64,000 bases of DNA from an uncultured Clostridia bacterium (GTDB taxonomy: Bacteria; Bacillota; Clostridia; TANB77; CAG-508): assembly GCA_944392945.1 (NCBI GenBank), contig CALXYJ010000004.1, positions 12,934 through 76,933 of the forward strand. Reading direction: 5' to 3'. The notes below the pieces were generated by a model. The model saw only the letters and a list, made by a program, of their open reading frames with translations, did not search any database and had not been told where the DNA came from. Positions 7,127 to 16,488 of the stretch are shown one piece after another. The translations under genes and the position numbers were made by a program. Numbering within the stretch: position 1 is the stretch's first letter; each line of letters opens with the position of its first letter.

Positions 7127-8134
7127 TTACAGTGCAACTAAAATTGTCATTTTCTGCTCGTCTTCTTTTTTTATTAATGATTCTGAAACTGCCTCTTCTA
7201 CAACTTTATTAAAGTCTTTACCACCCATTTGTATTGCATATTTAGCCGAACTATATTCGCTCTTTCCGCCATTACGCAACACATAATAATAGAGGCGCCA
7301 GATAGGAAATATCTCATAACTCCCTTCCTTCATGATATCCCTATATTTGATTGCATTTATAGAAATCAATGTCCGAATAACCCTGGTTAAAGCTTGTTGA
7401 TTGGCTTTAAATCTCTCCTGAGCTAATGAAACTACAAATGCATCCTTTTGAGGAAACATGTACTTCAATATACCATCATATTCGCTTTTAGTAAGCATAT
7501 CCTTGAAAATCTTTTTCTTTTCCTCATTGGTATACTGCGGATAGTTCTCTTTTTCTCCATCATCTTTAGCTTCCTCTACAGAAACGTTTGATGCTTCGGA
7601 AGGCTGTTCATTACCTTTTTCAGCATCCGGATTTTTCTTTGCTTCTTGCGCCTTTGTTTTTTCCGGCTGTTTTTCTTCTGGAATCAGTTCCGATTTTTTA
7701 TGCAAAAAATATTTACAATCGTCTTCATTCCTATCCAGCATTCTTTTTTTATCCATACAGCGTAATACGTTATATGCAGAACTATAACTTATATCCAAGG
7801 CTGCAGCCACTTCAGTCGTTGAATAAGATTTACCTGTACTCATAAGTGTAAGGATTCTTTCTTGAATAGTTACAGTTTTGTTTTTAGTTTTTTCTTCAGG
7901 TCTAGGACTTTCATCTTTTGGAATCTCTTCTTTGCTTTCATCAATTTTTTCAAATGTTACTTGCTTTACGAGATTACACTCCAAAAGATCTAAGAAGATC
8001 TTTGAAACGGTCGATTGTGAATCAACGGAGCATTTTAATTCTCCATCAAAGTCTATTCCTTCAATGGACCGATTCAAAATTTTTTCTAAGATCCTCTTTT
8101 GAGCCTCTGGATTTTTTGTTTTAATTAATACCAT
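7127..8134 (-). CDS. Hypothetical protein with central winged-helix (MarR/ArsR-like) segment, acidic linker and second helical C-domain (335 aa), on an atypical-composition cassette
   Basis: AAGGAG 6 nt before the ATG at 8134 (ORF track starts at TTG 8155). wHTH-like TIQERILTLMSTGKSYSTTEVAAALDISYSSAYNVLRCM. Three shadow ORFs lie inside. Confidence 0.6.
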   Translation of the reverse strand: MVLIKTKNPEAQKRILEKILNRSIEGIDFDGELKCSVDSQSTVSKIFLDLLECNLVKQVTFEKIDESKEEIPKDESPRPEEKTKNKTVTIQERILTLMSTGKSYSTTEVAAALDISYSSAYNVLRCMDKKRMLDRNEDDCKYFLHKKSELIPEEKQPEKTKAQEAKKNPDAEKGNEQPSEASNVSVEEAKDDGEKENYPQYTNEEKKKIFKDMLTKSEYDGILKYMFPQKDAFVVSLAQERFKANQQALTRVIRTLISINAIKYRDIMKEGSYEIFPIWRLYYYVLRNGGKSEYSSAKYAIQMGGKDFNKVVEEAVSESLIKKEDEQKMTILVAL

Positions 8135-8242
8135 AAGGATCTCCTTTCTTAGCAAATCTGCGAGTTACAATGACATTTCTTTTATACACCATTCCTTTCT
8201 TAAATTATTTTACTTAAGATGTCTCAACTATTAGCATGGCTT

Positions 8243-8271
8243 TATTTTATCATAATATACATTTTTTTACA
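8243..8271 (-). promoter_or_regulatory. Promoter of the 335-aa gene
   Basis: Minus strand TTGTAA, 17 nt, then TAAAAT with extended TG (TGATAAAAT). Confidence 0.4.
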
Positions 8272-8302
8272 ATAATCTTTCCATACTAGGTAATTGTCCC
8301 AC

Positions 8303-8336
8303 AAAAAAAGATTGTAGCTAATCTACAATCTTTTTT
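8303..8336 (-). terminator. Terminator of the sortase-DUF951 unit
   Basis: AGATTGTAG/CTACAATCT stem with a T-run on the minus strand. Overlaps the DUF951 stop codon. Confidence 0.65.
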
Positions 8337-8497
8337 GTTATCATTTTTAATGCCTTTTGCCTTTCTACTAAAATAAAATGTCCACATCCTTCACACTTAA
8401 GTCCAAAATCTACTCCAACTCTTGTTATCTTCCATAATTTACTCCCACATGGATGTGCTTTTTTAGTTTTTACTATATCCCCCACATTATATTCCAT
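8318..8497 (-). CDS. DUF951-family small protein (59 aa; below the ORF-track cutoff)
   Basis: Own translation: MEYNVGDIVKTKKAHPCGSKLWKITRVGVDFGLKCEGCGHFILVERQKALKMITKKIVD. The HPCG...C-x-GCGH pattern matches YyzM/DUF951. The ATG overlaps the sortase TAA by 1 nt. Confidence 0.7.
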   Translation of the reverse strand: MEYNVGDIVKTKKAHPCGSKLWKITRVGVDFGLKCEGCGHFILVERQKALKMITKKIVD

Positions 8498-9240
8498 TAT
8501 AACACCTCTGTTGCTTTTACAATAATTCTTTCCTTTGAATCATCTGTACAAGTAATTAAAGTAATATCTTTTCTTCCATTAGTTAATGGACTTATTGGTG
8601 ACATATCATCATCTGAAACTTGATATTTATTATATACTGTATACTTAACAGTTCTTCCCTTTGTATCTGTTATTTCTATTATATCTCCATTTTCCAATGT
8701 TGGTACTTTACTAAAAAATTTTTTATTTCTATAATTATGTCCTGCTATACAAAAATTTCCTACTTCATTTGGCTCACCTTCCCAAAATCTAGTTGGTGCT
8801 TTTTTTAATAGCTCATCCGTTGTTTCTGATAATATTGGATAATAAATATCTATTTTAGGTATTTTTATAGTTGCAATTGGATAATATTTTTGTCCATCAG
8901 ATGTTGTATACTCTTTAGACAATAATTCATTTTCTTCTGTTGTCTCTTCTTCAGAAGAAGCACCACTATCTGCATTTAATGTATTTGCATCATTATCTAA
9001 CATTACAACTAATTTATCTGTAGGTTTAGTTGTTTGGTCTTCTCCAACAATATTGGCTTGTGCCAATATATCTTGAGAAACTGCTTCATCTTTATTTTTA
9101 TCATATTCTGCATATATATAATAAGAAGATAATACACAAACAATTACAAGAGAAATGAAAAATTCAAATTTGTAAAATTTTTTCTTTCTCTTTAATTCTG
9201 GCGTTATATATAGTTTTTCAGTTACAAGAATTTGATTCAT
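8497..9240 (-). CDS. Sortase-family transpeptidase
   Basis: N-terminal TM anchor, His in FCIAGHNY, catalytic TLITCT motif. GGAGG 5 nt before the ATG at 9240. Confidence 0.8.
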   Translation of the reverse strand: MNQILVTEKLYITPELKRKKKFYKFEFFISLVIVCVLSSYYIYAEYDKNKDEAVSQDILAQANIVGEDQTTKPTDKLVVMLDNDANTLNADSGASSEEETTEENELLSKEYTTSDGQKYYPIATIKIPKIDIYYPILSETTDELLKKAPTRFWEGEPNEVGNFCIAGHNYRNKKFFSKVPTLENGDIIEITDTKGRTVKYTVYNKYQVSDDDMSPISPLTNGRKDITLITCTDDSKERIIVKATEVL

Positions 9241-9335
9241 GATTACCTCCTTTTTTATCTTTTTATCCGAATACATTATACCATCTTAAGTATTTTTTTT
9301 CAATAATTGTTAATATGTTTTTAAAATACAAAAAT

Positions 9336-10190
9336 TTATTTATATAAAATATTTGATATGCTAGCAAAATCTTCTATCTTTAATTTTTCACTCCTAATTT
9401 TTTCATCTATATTTAGTTCTTTTAAAATTCTAGATAAAGTTTCTTTATCTGATATTCCGTTATTTGTTAGTGCATTTAATAAGGTTTTTCTTCTTTGCAA
9501 AAAAGCAATTTTTATTAAATTAAAAAATGCTTTTTCATTATGTATCTCTACAGGAGGCTGTTTCCTAATTTTTATTTTTATAACTTCTGATGTTACAGCA
9601 GGTTCTGGAATAAAAGATGTATTTGGAACTTCCAAAATTTTTTCTGCAATTCCATAATAATAAACTGTATATGTTATTGCACCAGTATTTTTTCCTCCAG
9701 GTATTTCTGTAAGCCTATCTGCAACTTCTTTTTGAATCATTACTGTGATACTTTCTATATTAATTTTGTTTTCTAATAAATTCATAATTATTGGAGTTGT
9801 AATATAATATGGTAAATTTGCTACTATTTTAGCACTTTTTAAATTATATTTTTCTTTTGCATTTTGTATAATTTTATTTAAATCTACTTTTAATATATCA
9901 TCATTAATAACTTCAAAATTTTTATATAAAAAGAACCTCTCTTTTAATAATTCTATCATTCTTTTGTCTAATTCCACACATATAACTTGTCCAGCTCTAT
10001 CTAATAAAAACTTCGTTAAGGTACCTAAACCAGGGCCTATCTCTATTACTAAATCATCAGAACTAATATCTGATTCATCTATTGCTGTATTTATAACATT
10101 TTCATCAATCAAAAAATTTTGTCCTAAATTTTTATTAGCTTTTATATTGTATTTTTCCATTAAAAATTTTGTTTCTTGGTATAAATTCAT
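9336..10190 (-). CDS. rsmA: 16S rRNA (adenine1518/1519-N6)-dimethyltransferase
   Basis: LGQNFLID, SAM motif IEIGPGLGTLT, NLPYYITTPI. Confidence 0.93.
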   Translation of the reverse strand: MNLYQETKFLMEKYNIKANKNLGQNFLIDENVINTAIDESDISSDDLVIEIGPGLGTLTKFLLDRAGQVICVELDKRMIELLKERFFLYKNFEVINDDILKVDLNKIIQNAKEKYNLKSAKIVANLPYYITTPIIMNLLENKINIESITVMIQKEVADRLTEIPGGKNTGAITYTVYYYGIAEKILEVPNTSFIPEPAVTSEVIKIKIRKQPPVEIHNEKAFFNLIKIAFLQRRKTLLNALTNNGISDKETLSRILKELNIDEKIRSEKLKIEDFASISNILYK

Positions 10191-10295
10191 TTTCTATCTC
10201 CATTTTCATTTTATAACTTTCATTTAATTATAACAGCCCTACTTAAATTATGTCAAATTCTTTTGTGAAAAATATGTGATTTGGTTGATTTTGGT

Positions 10296-10326
10296 AAATA
10301 CTTAATATACAATATATTAAGTATTT
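10296..10326. repeat. Perfect 14-bp inverted repeat upstream of the PBP gene
   Basis: AAATACTTAATATA-caa-TATATTAAGTATTT, 40 nt before the ATG at 10367. Confidence 0.8.
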
Positions 10327-10366
10327 GTTAATATTTAACATAAATTCGTTTAATTAGGTGATTCAT

Positions 10367-12679
10367 ATGAAAAAGAATAATAAAAAATTTAGATTTCCAA
10401 AATCAAAAAAATCAAATTCAAAATTATATAAATCTGCCAATAATGAATTTGCAACAAATTCACTGGCAATAAAAAAATTCAGAATAGTACTAATCTCATT
10501 ATTAATTATATTTTTATTATTAATAATAAGACTTATATGGCTTCAATTTGTGCAAGGAGCTGACTTAAAAGAACAAGCATATAATCAACAAACTACAGAT
10601 CAAATTATTAGCACTAGTAGAGGTACAATTTATGATGCTACAGGTAAAAAATTAGCAATAAGTACTCCAACAGATACCGTCTCAGTTAATCCTAAACAAA
10701 TTGTTGGTTCTACAGATGAGGAAACTAAAACTAAAAAAGAAAAAATAGCTAAAGCGTTTTCAGAAATTTTTGAACTAGATTATGATGAAACTTTAGAAAA
10801 ATTAAATAGTAACTCTAATGTTCAAACTATTGCTAAAAAAGTAGATAAAGATAAGATAGATAAATTAAAAGAATGGATGCAAACAGAAAAAATAAGTACT
10901 GGTATTAATATTGATGAAGATACTAAAAGAGTATATCCATATAATAATTTAGCTTCAAATTTAATAGGATTTTGTGGTACAGATAATACTGGAATACAAG
11001 GTTTAGAAGATAAATGGAATAGTGTTTTACAGGGTACTCCTGGTAAAATAACAACTTCAACAGATGCTATTCAAGAAGAAATACCAGATAGTAACCAAAC
11101 ATATATCCCTGCAGAAAATGGTAGTGATATTGTTTTAACAATTGATGTATATATACAAACAATTGTAGAAAAATACCTAAAACAAGCTGTTGAAGAAAAC
11201 CATGCTGATAGTGGTACTGTTGTTGCAATGGCTCCTAGTACTGGTGATATTCTAGCTATGGCTTGTTACCCAGATTATAATTTAAATACACCATTCGAGC
11301 CAAATACTGAAGAATTAAAATCTGTATGGGATACACTAGATTCTGCTACTCAATCAGAGGAATTATATAATATGTGGAAAAATGATGTTATTTCTTCTCC
11401 TTATGAACCTGGTTCTCCATATAAATTGATTACTGCAGCTACTGCATTAGAAGAAAATATTACAAGTGAAGATGTTCCAAATGATTTTTATTGTGATGGT
11501 TCAATAAAAATAGGAGATAGAACTATTAGTTGTTGGACACAAGCACATAAAGGTGGAAAATCCTTAAGGCAAGCTTTACAAGTTTCTTGTAATCCATCCC
11601 TAATTCAATTAGGTCAACGTATTGGTGCAGAAACTTTATATAAATATTACCAAGCATTTGGATTTTTTGATAAAACAGGAATCGATTTACCTTCTGAAGC
11701 AAGTAGTACATATTGGGATTTAGAAGATGTTCATGAGGTAGAACTTGCAACAATGTCTTTTGGGCAAAGATTTACAATTACACCAATTCAGTTAGTATCT
11801 GCTGTATCTGCAATAGCAAATGATGGAATCTTAATGAAACCTAGAATTGTAAAACAAATTATAAATCCAGAAACAAATACAACAACAGATATTGAACCTG
11901 TACAAGTAAGACAAGTTATCTCTAAATCAACTTCAGAAAGAATGAGAAACTTAATGAAATCTGTTGTAGATGATGGTTCTGGTAGACTTGCAAAAGTTGA
12001 AGGCTATTCTATAGGTGGTAAAACTGGTACTTCAGAACCTCAAACTGGTAGAGAAGATGAAGGTTATATTGCATCTTATGTAGCCATTGCTCCTACAGAA
12101 AAACCCGAAATTTGCTTATTAATAGCTGTACATAATCCAAATCCAAATAATGAAGGTAGCCACCAAGGTGGTCAAGTTTGTGGACCAGTTGTTTCACAAA
12201 TGTTATCAGAAATTCTACCATATATGGGTATAAATTCTAATAATACTCAAACAACTACAGATCCCGTAGAAGAAGATTCAAATTATGTTACTGTTCCAGA
12301 TATCAGGAACAAAACAGTTACTGAAGCAGAAAAAATACTAAAACAAGCTGGTTTTACAACAAAGATTTCTATTTCTGGAGATAAAAATTCAACTTTAGTT
12401 ACAGACCAAATGCCAAAACCTGGTTCTAGCATACCTAAGGATTCTATTATAATATTATACTCTGAAGAAAATGATACTAGAGTTTCTGTAAAAGTACCTG
12501 ATTTTAAAAATAAAACATTAGCACAAGCAGAAAATATAGCTAAGGCAAGTAATCTAAATATAACCTCAGAAGGTTCCGGAACAGTTATAAGTCAAAGTAT
12601 AATGGTTGATACTGCTGTTGAAGAAGGTACTATTATAAAATTAACTTTATCAACTGATAATGATGGAACCAATCAATAA
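10367..12679 (+). CDS. Class B penicillin-binding protein (FtsI/PBP2B/SpoVD family) with two C-terminal PASTA domains
   Basis: TM anchor, SxxK (SPYK), SxN (SCN), KTG (KTGT), two PASTA-like repeats near the C-terminus. AGGTGA RBS before the ATG at 10367. Confidence 0.88.
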   Translation: MKKNNKKFRFPKSKKSNSKLYKSANNEFATNSLAIKKFRIVLISLLIIFLLLIIRLIWLQFVQGADLKEQAYNQQTTDQIISTSRGTIYDATGKKLAISTPTDTVSVNPKQIVGSTDEETKTKKEKIAKAFSEIFELDYDETLEKLNSNSNVQTIAKKVDKDKIDKLKEWMQTEKISTGINIDEDTKRVYPYNNLASNLIGFCGTDNTGIQGLEDKWNSVLQGTPGKITTSTDAIQEEIPDSNQTYIPAENGSDIVLTIDVYIQTIVEKYLKQAVEENHADSGTVVAMAPSTGDILAMACYPDYNLNTPFEPNTEELKSVWDTLDSATQSEELYNMWKNDVISSPYEPGSPYKLITAATALEENITSEDVPNDFYCDGSIKIGDRTISCWTQAHKGGKSLRQALQVSCNPSLIQLGQRIGAETLYKYYQAFGFFDKTGIDLPSEASSTYWDLEDVHEVELATMSFGQRFTITPIQLVSAVSAIANDGILMKPRIVKQIINPETNTTTDIEPVQVRQVISKSTSERMRNLMKSVVDDGSGRLAKVEGYSIGGKTGTSEPQTGREDEGYIASYVAIAPTEKPEICLLIAVHNPNPNNEGSHQGGQVCGPVVSQMLSEILPYMGINSNNTQTTTDPVEEDSNYVTVPDIRNKTVTEAEKILKQAGFTTKISISGDKNSTLVTDQMPKPGSSIPKDSIIILYSEENDTRVSVKVPDFKNKTLAQAENIAKASNLNITSEGSGTVISQSIMVDTAVEEGTIIKLTLSTDNDGTNQ

Positions 12680-12714
12680 AAAAATCACTTAGAATTACAT
12701 TCTTTTAAAAAAAT

Positions 12715-12745
12715 ACCGTGGAAATAAAATTCCACGGTTTATTAC
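12715..12745 (+). terminator. PBP gene terminator
   Basis: ACCGTGGAA-ataaaa-TTCCACGGT followed by TTATT. Confidence 0.6.
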
Positions 12746-12816
12746 TAGATAATTATGGTAAATGTAAGATTTTCGACACTTAGTGAATGTTAAAAATCTT
12801 ACATTCACTTTTTATA
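12738..12816 (+). repeat. About 80-nt palindromic dispersed element, family 2, copy a
   Basis: TTTATTACTAGATAATTATGG...AATGTAAGATTTT...AAAATCTTACATTCACTTTTTATA. Aligns end to end with the reverse complement of 23132-23213. Confidence 0.8.
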
Positions 12817-15424
12817 TCTCTTCTCTAGTTTTATAATTATATACTATTTTTCCAAATTTAATTTCATTAAATTTTTTCTGAATCTCTATTATAAATATTG
12901 GAGCTATAGAAATACCTAAAGTAATTAACCACTGTATATTATTTAATTGTGTTAATTTAAATATTTCTGCCAAACTTGGAATAAATACTATTCCGACTTG
13001 CAATATTGTTCCCAATAAAAACGCTCCTATTAAATACTTATTTTCTAGTATGCCAGCTTTAAAAATAGATTCTTCACTCTTTACATTAAAGCTATGTATT
13101 AACTCTAACATTCCTAAACTTATAAATGCCATTGTTCTTCCTACTTCTAAACCATAATATTTATTTCCTATAAAGAATGCTAAAATCGTAAACATTCCTA
13201 TCATAAATCCTTCAACAATTATCCTTCCCATTAATCCATCTGCAAATATACTTTTTCGTGGATTTCTTGGAGGTCTATTCATAATATCTTTTTCTGGAGG
13301 TTCCAATCCCAATGCTATTGCTGGTAATGAATCTGTAACCAAATTAATCCACAATAGTTGTATTGCAAGCAGTGGAGATTTTACTCCCAATAATAGTCCC
13401 ACAAAAATTGTAACAATTTCTCCAATATTCGTAGCAATCAAAAAATGAATTGCTTTCTTTATATTATCAAATATATTTCTTCCTTCTTTTACAGCACTAA
13501 CTATAGTAACAAAATTATCATCATTTAAAATCATATCTGATGCATTTTTTGCCACATCTGTTCCCTTTAGACCCATTGCAATTCCAATATCGGATTTTTT
13601 TAGTGCTGGTGCATCATTTACTCCATCCCCAGTCATTGCAACAACTGCTCCTGTTTTTTGGAATGCTTTTACTATCCTTACTTTATGCTCTGGAGTAACT
13701 CTAGCAAAAACAGAGTATTGCATTATTTCCTTTTCCAATTGTATATCTGGAATCTTATCCAATTCTTGACCAGTTATAGCCAATTCTCTTCCTTTTAATA
13801 TTTCTAAATTTTTAGCTATTGCTTTTGCAGTTATAATGTGATCTCCTGTAATCATTACTGTTTTTATTCCTGCTTTTCTACATGCTAAAACAGCTTCTTT
13901 AACTCCCTTCCTTGGTGGATCCATCATTCCAATTAATCCTATAAATATTAAGCCTTTTTCTAAAAAATCTGAAGTTATTTCTTTTGGCATAATATCTACA
14001 TCCAAATATGCAACACCTAATACTCTTAACGCTCTTTCTGCCATTTTTTCATTTTTATTTTTAATTTTACTAAGATACTGACTACTCATATCACTTATTC
14101 TTCCGTTTTCTTCATAGTAGTCACATTTATTTAATAATATCTCTGGAGCTCCTTTAGTAATTATTCTGTATTTTCCATTTTCCAATTCATTAACTACTGT
14201 CATTAATTTTCTATTAGAATCAAATGGTATCTCGCATATTCTAGGTAACTTTTTATTAATTTTCTCCTTTACTGCTTCTCTTACTATTGCAACTTCTGTT
14301 GGCTCTCCTTCAACTTTTCCATCATTTATCTCGCAATTAGAACATAATGCTCCATATTCTAAAATTTTATTTTTGTCTCCTATAATTTCTACTACTTTCA
14401 TATTATTTTCTGTAAGTGTACCTGTTTTATCTGAGCAAATTACCCTACTACTACCCAATGTTTCTACTGCTGGCAATTTTCTAATTATTGCATTTTTCTT
14501 CGCCATCTTTGTTACTGCTATAGAAAGAATTATTGTAACAATAGCTGGTAAACCTTCTGGTATTGCTGCCACTGCTAGCCCAACAGATGTCATAAACATT
14601 TCTACAACAGAAATTTTCTTAAAAACTCCAATTACAAATATAAATGCACATATTATAATACAAGCAATTCCTAGTATTTTTCCTACCTCTTCTAACTTTT
14701 TCTGAATTGGAGTTGTTGGTGCTTCATTTGTCATAATCATATTTGCAATTTTTCCAACCTCAGTACTCATACCAATATTAATTACAATACCTTCTCCATG
14801 TCCATTTACTACTGCAGTCCCTGCAAATGCTAAATTACACATATCTCCAAGTGGAATTTTATCATTGCTAAAAACAGCTTTTTCATCTTTTAATACAGCT
14901 TCTGTTTCTCCTGTTAAACTAGATTCTTCTATTTTTAAATTATTTGTATTTATTAATCTAAGATCTGCAGGGACATAGTTTCCTGCCTCTAAAATAACAA
15001 TATCACCTGGTACAATATCTTCTCCATTTATTGTTAATATCTTTCCATTCCTTCTTACTTTTGCCACAGGAGCAGACATCTTTTTTAATGCTTCTATAGA
15101 TTTCTCTGCTTTCATTTCTTGTACTAGACCCATTATTCCATTAAAAATGACTATAGCTATTATTATTATTGAATCAAAGTAGTCTCCTGCTCCCTCCATA
15201 TAACTTACTATTGCAGAAATTATTGCTGCAATAATTAAAATTATAATCATAAAATCTTTAAACTGATTTAAAAATTTTACAAATATACTTTCCTTTTTCC
15301 TTTCTTCTATTTTATTTTTTCCAAATTCATTCTGTCTTATTTTTACATCCTCTTCACCTAAGCCTGTCTTAATATTTGTCCTAAGTTCTTTTTCTATTTC
15401 TTTAATATTTTTTGTATGCCACAT
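12812..15424 (-). CDS. P-type cation-transporting ATPase, Ca2+ (type IIA, YloB-like)
   Basis: CSDKTGTLT phosphorylation site, TGES, MITGDH, TGDGVNDAPALKKSDIG, about 10 TM segments. Confidence 0.9.
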   Translation of the reverse strand: MWHTKNIKEIEKELRTNIKTGLGEEDVKIRQNEFGKNKIEERKKESIFVKFLNQFKDFMIIILIIAAIISAIVSYMEGAGDYFDSIIIIAIVIFNGIMGLVQEMKAEKSIEALKKMSAPVAKVRRNGKILTINGEDIVPGDIVILEAGNYVPADLRLINTNNLKIEESSLTGETEAVLKDEKAVFSNDKIPLGDMCNLAFAGTAVVNGHGEGIVINIGMSTEVGKIANMIMTNEAPTTPIQKKLEEVGKILGIACIIICAFIFVIGVFKKISVVEMFMTSVGLAVAAIPEGLPAIVTIILSIAVTKMAKKNAIIRKLPAVETLGSSRVICSDKTGTLTENNMKVVEIIGDKNKILEYGALCSNCEINDGKVEGEPTEVAIVREAVKEKINKKLPRICEIPFDSNRKLMTVVNELENGKYRIITKGAPEILLNKCDYYEENGRISDMSSQYLSKIKNKNEKMAERALRVLGVAYLDVDIMPKEITSDFLEKGLIFIGLIGMMDPPRKGVKEAVLACRKAGIKTVMITGDHIITAKAIAKNLEILKGRELAITGQELDKIPDIQLEKEIMQYSVFARVTPEHKVRIVKAFQKTGAVVAMTGDGVNDAPALKKSDIGIAMGLKGTDVAKNASDMILNDDNFVTIVSAVKEGRNIFDNIKKAIHFLIATNIGEIVTIFVGLLLGVKSPLLAIQLLWINLVTDSLPAIALGLEPPEKDIMNRPPRNPRKSIFADGLMGRIIVEGFMIGMFTILAFFIGNKYYGLEVGRTMAFISLGMLELIHSFNVKSEESIFKAGILENKYLIGAFLLGTILQVGIVFIPSLAEIFKLTQLNNIQWLITLGISIAPIFIIEIQKKFNEIKFGKIVYNYKTREEI

Positions 15425-15530
15425 ATAAATCTCTCCTTTGTATGTTTTAATTAATTTATATGCACATACTATTTTTTTATTACTTCATTTCACCTATTTT
15501 TCTAGTTTACATATTATATATAGAGGTGAT

Positions 15531-16157
15531 ATGATGCTAATTACAATTATTGCACTTGCTTTATCTGTTAGTATAGATGCTTTTGGAATCGGAATTACAT
15601 ATGGTCTTAGGAAAACATCAATACCTACTTCTTCTAAAATTATATTATTTGCCATCTCTTTTGCTTTTGTAAGCTTATCAGTATTATTGGGATATTTCCT
15701 TGTTTCCATATTATCAGAAAAAATAATAAAAATATTTAGTGTAATACTTCTATATATTATGGGCTTATTAATTATTTATGAAGCGACATGTGAAAATAAT
15801 AAAAAAGAAATAATAAGTCATAAAATTTTATTAAAATCACTAGGAATTACAATTCAAATTATTAGAAATCCAATTTTTTCTGATTTAAATAATTCTAAAA
15901 TAATAGAAAAAAATGAAGCCATTTACTTGGCATTTGCACTTTCGTTAGATTCTATATGTGTTGGAATTACTAGCTCTTCATTTGGATTATATTGTTTGCT
16001 TTTTCCAATATTAGTCCCTTTATTTCAATTTATTTTTTTAAATTTTGGAATAAATCTTGGTACAAATATTGTTTCTTATTTACCTTCTTTAAAAAAATGG
16101 AATATTATTTCTGGAATATTATTAATTATTATTGGTACATTAAGAATTTTCATATAA
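15531..16157 (+). CDS. MntP/YtaF-family membrane protein (putative Mn efflux / sporulation membrane protein)
   Basis: MMLITIIALALSVSIDAFGIGITYGL and a second LSLDSICVGI repeat. GAGGTGA before the ATG at 15531 (ORF open from 15438). Confidence 0.6.
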   Translation: MMLITIIALALSVSIDAFGIGITYGLRKTSIPTSSKIILFAISFAFVSLSVLLGYFLVSILSEKIIKIFSVILLYIMGLLIIYEATCENNKKEIISHKILLKSLGITIQIIRNPIFSDLNNSKIIEKNEAIYLAFALSLDSICVGITSSSFGLYCLLFPILVPLFQFIFLNFGINLGTNIVSYLPSLKKWNIISGILLIIIGTLRIFI

Positions 16158-16182
16158 ATAGTATTTATTTTTATGTGAACTT

Positions 16183-16206
16183 GTGATATAATTTTATTTA
16201 TATCAC
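16183..16206 (+). promoter_or_regulatory. Extended -10 (TGATATAAT) embedded in a 9-bp inverted repeat, upstream of the 75-aa gene
   Basis: GTGATATAA-ttttat-TTATATCAC, with TATAAT at 16187-16192. Confidence 0.4.
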
Positions 16207-16224
16207 ACAAAGGAGGAAAAATAA

Positions 16225-16452
16225 ATGACATTGGAAATTACTTATCGGTATGGAGTTTATAAAAGGACAAAGATAATTACCACTCCGGACGATAAGCTCT
16301 ATGAAGCCTGTATAAAATATATCTCGTTATATGGTAGCGTAGAGCACTCTCCCGAAGGAGACAAAATCGAGCTTAAATCGCAGGAAGATTTTAATACAGC
16401 AGAAAACATGCTGACTCAACTCTGCATTGCTCATAAAAAGGGATTGGTGTAA
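16225..16452 (+). CDS. Small hypothetical protein (75 aa), on an atypical-composition cassette
   Basis: AAAGGAGG RBS 7 nt before the ATG. Codons CGG, CCG, CTC, TCG, GCC. No motif recognised. Confidence 0.5.
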   Translation: MTLEITYRYGVYKRTKIITTPDDKLYEACIKYISLYGSVEHSPEGDKIELKSQEDFNTAENMLTQLCIAHKKGLV

Positions 16453-16468
16453 CAGCCAGTCCCTTTTT
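16436..16468. terminator. Bidirectional terminator shared by the 75-aa gene and smc
   Basis: AGGGATTGG/CCAGTCCCT (one G-U) flanked by an A-run and a T-run. Overlaps the stop at 16450-16452. Confidence 0.55.
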
Positions 16469-16488
16469 ATTGTTAAATAAACTTATAA

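Noticed and set aside
7588-8124. Plus-strand ORFs 7588..7845, 7878..8102 and 7918..8124
   Set aside because: They are antisense to the 335-aa gene, have no start context and give implausible sequences. They are shadow ORFs.
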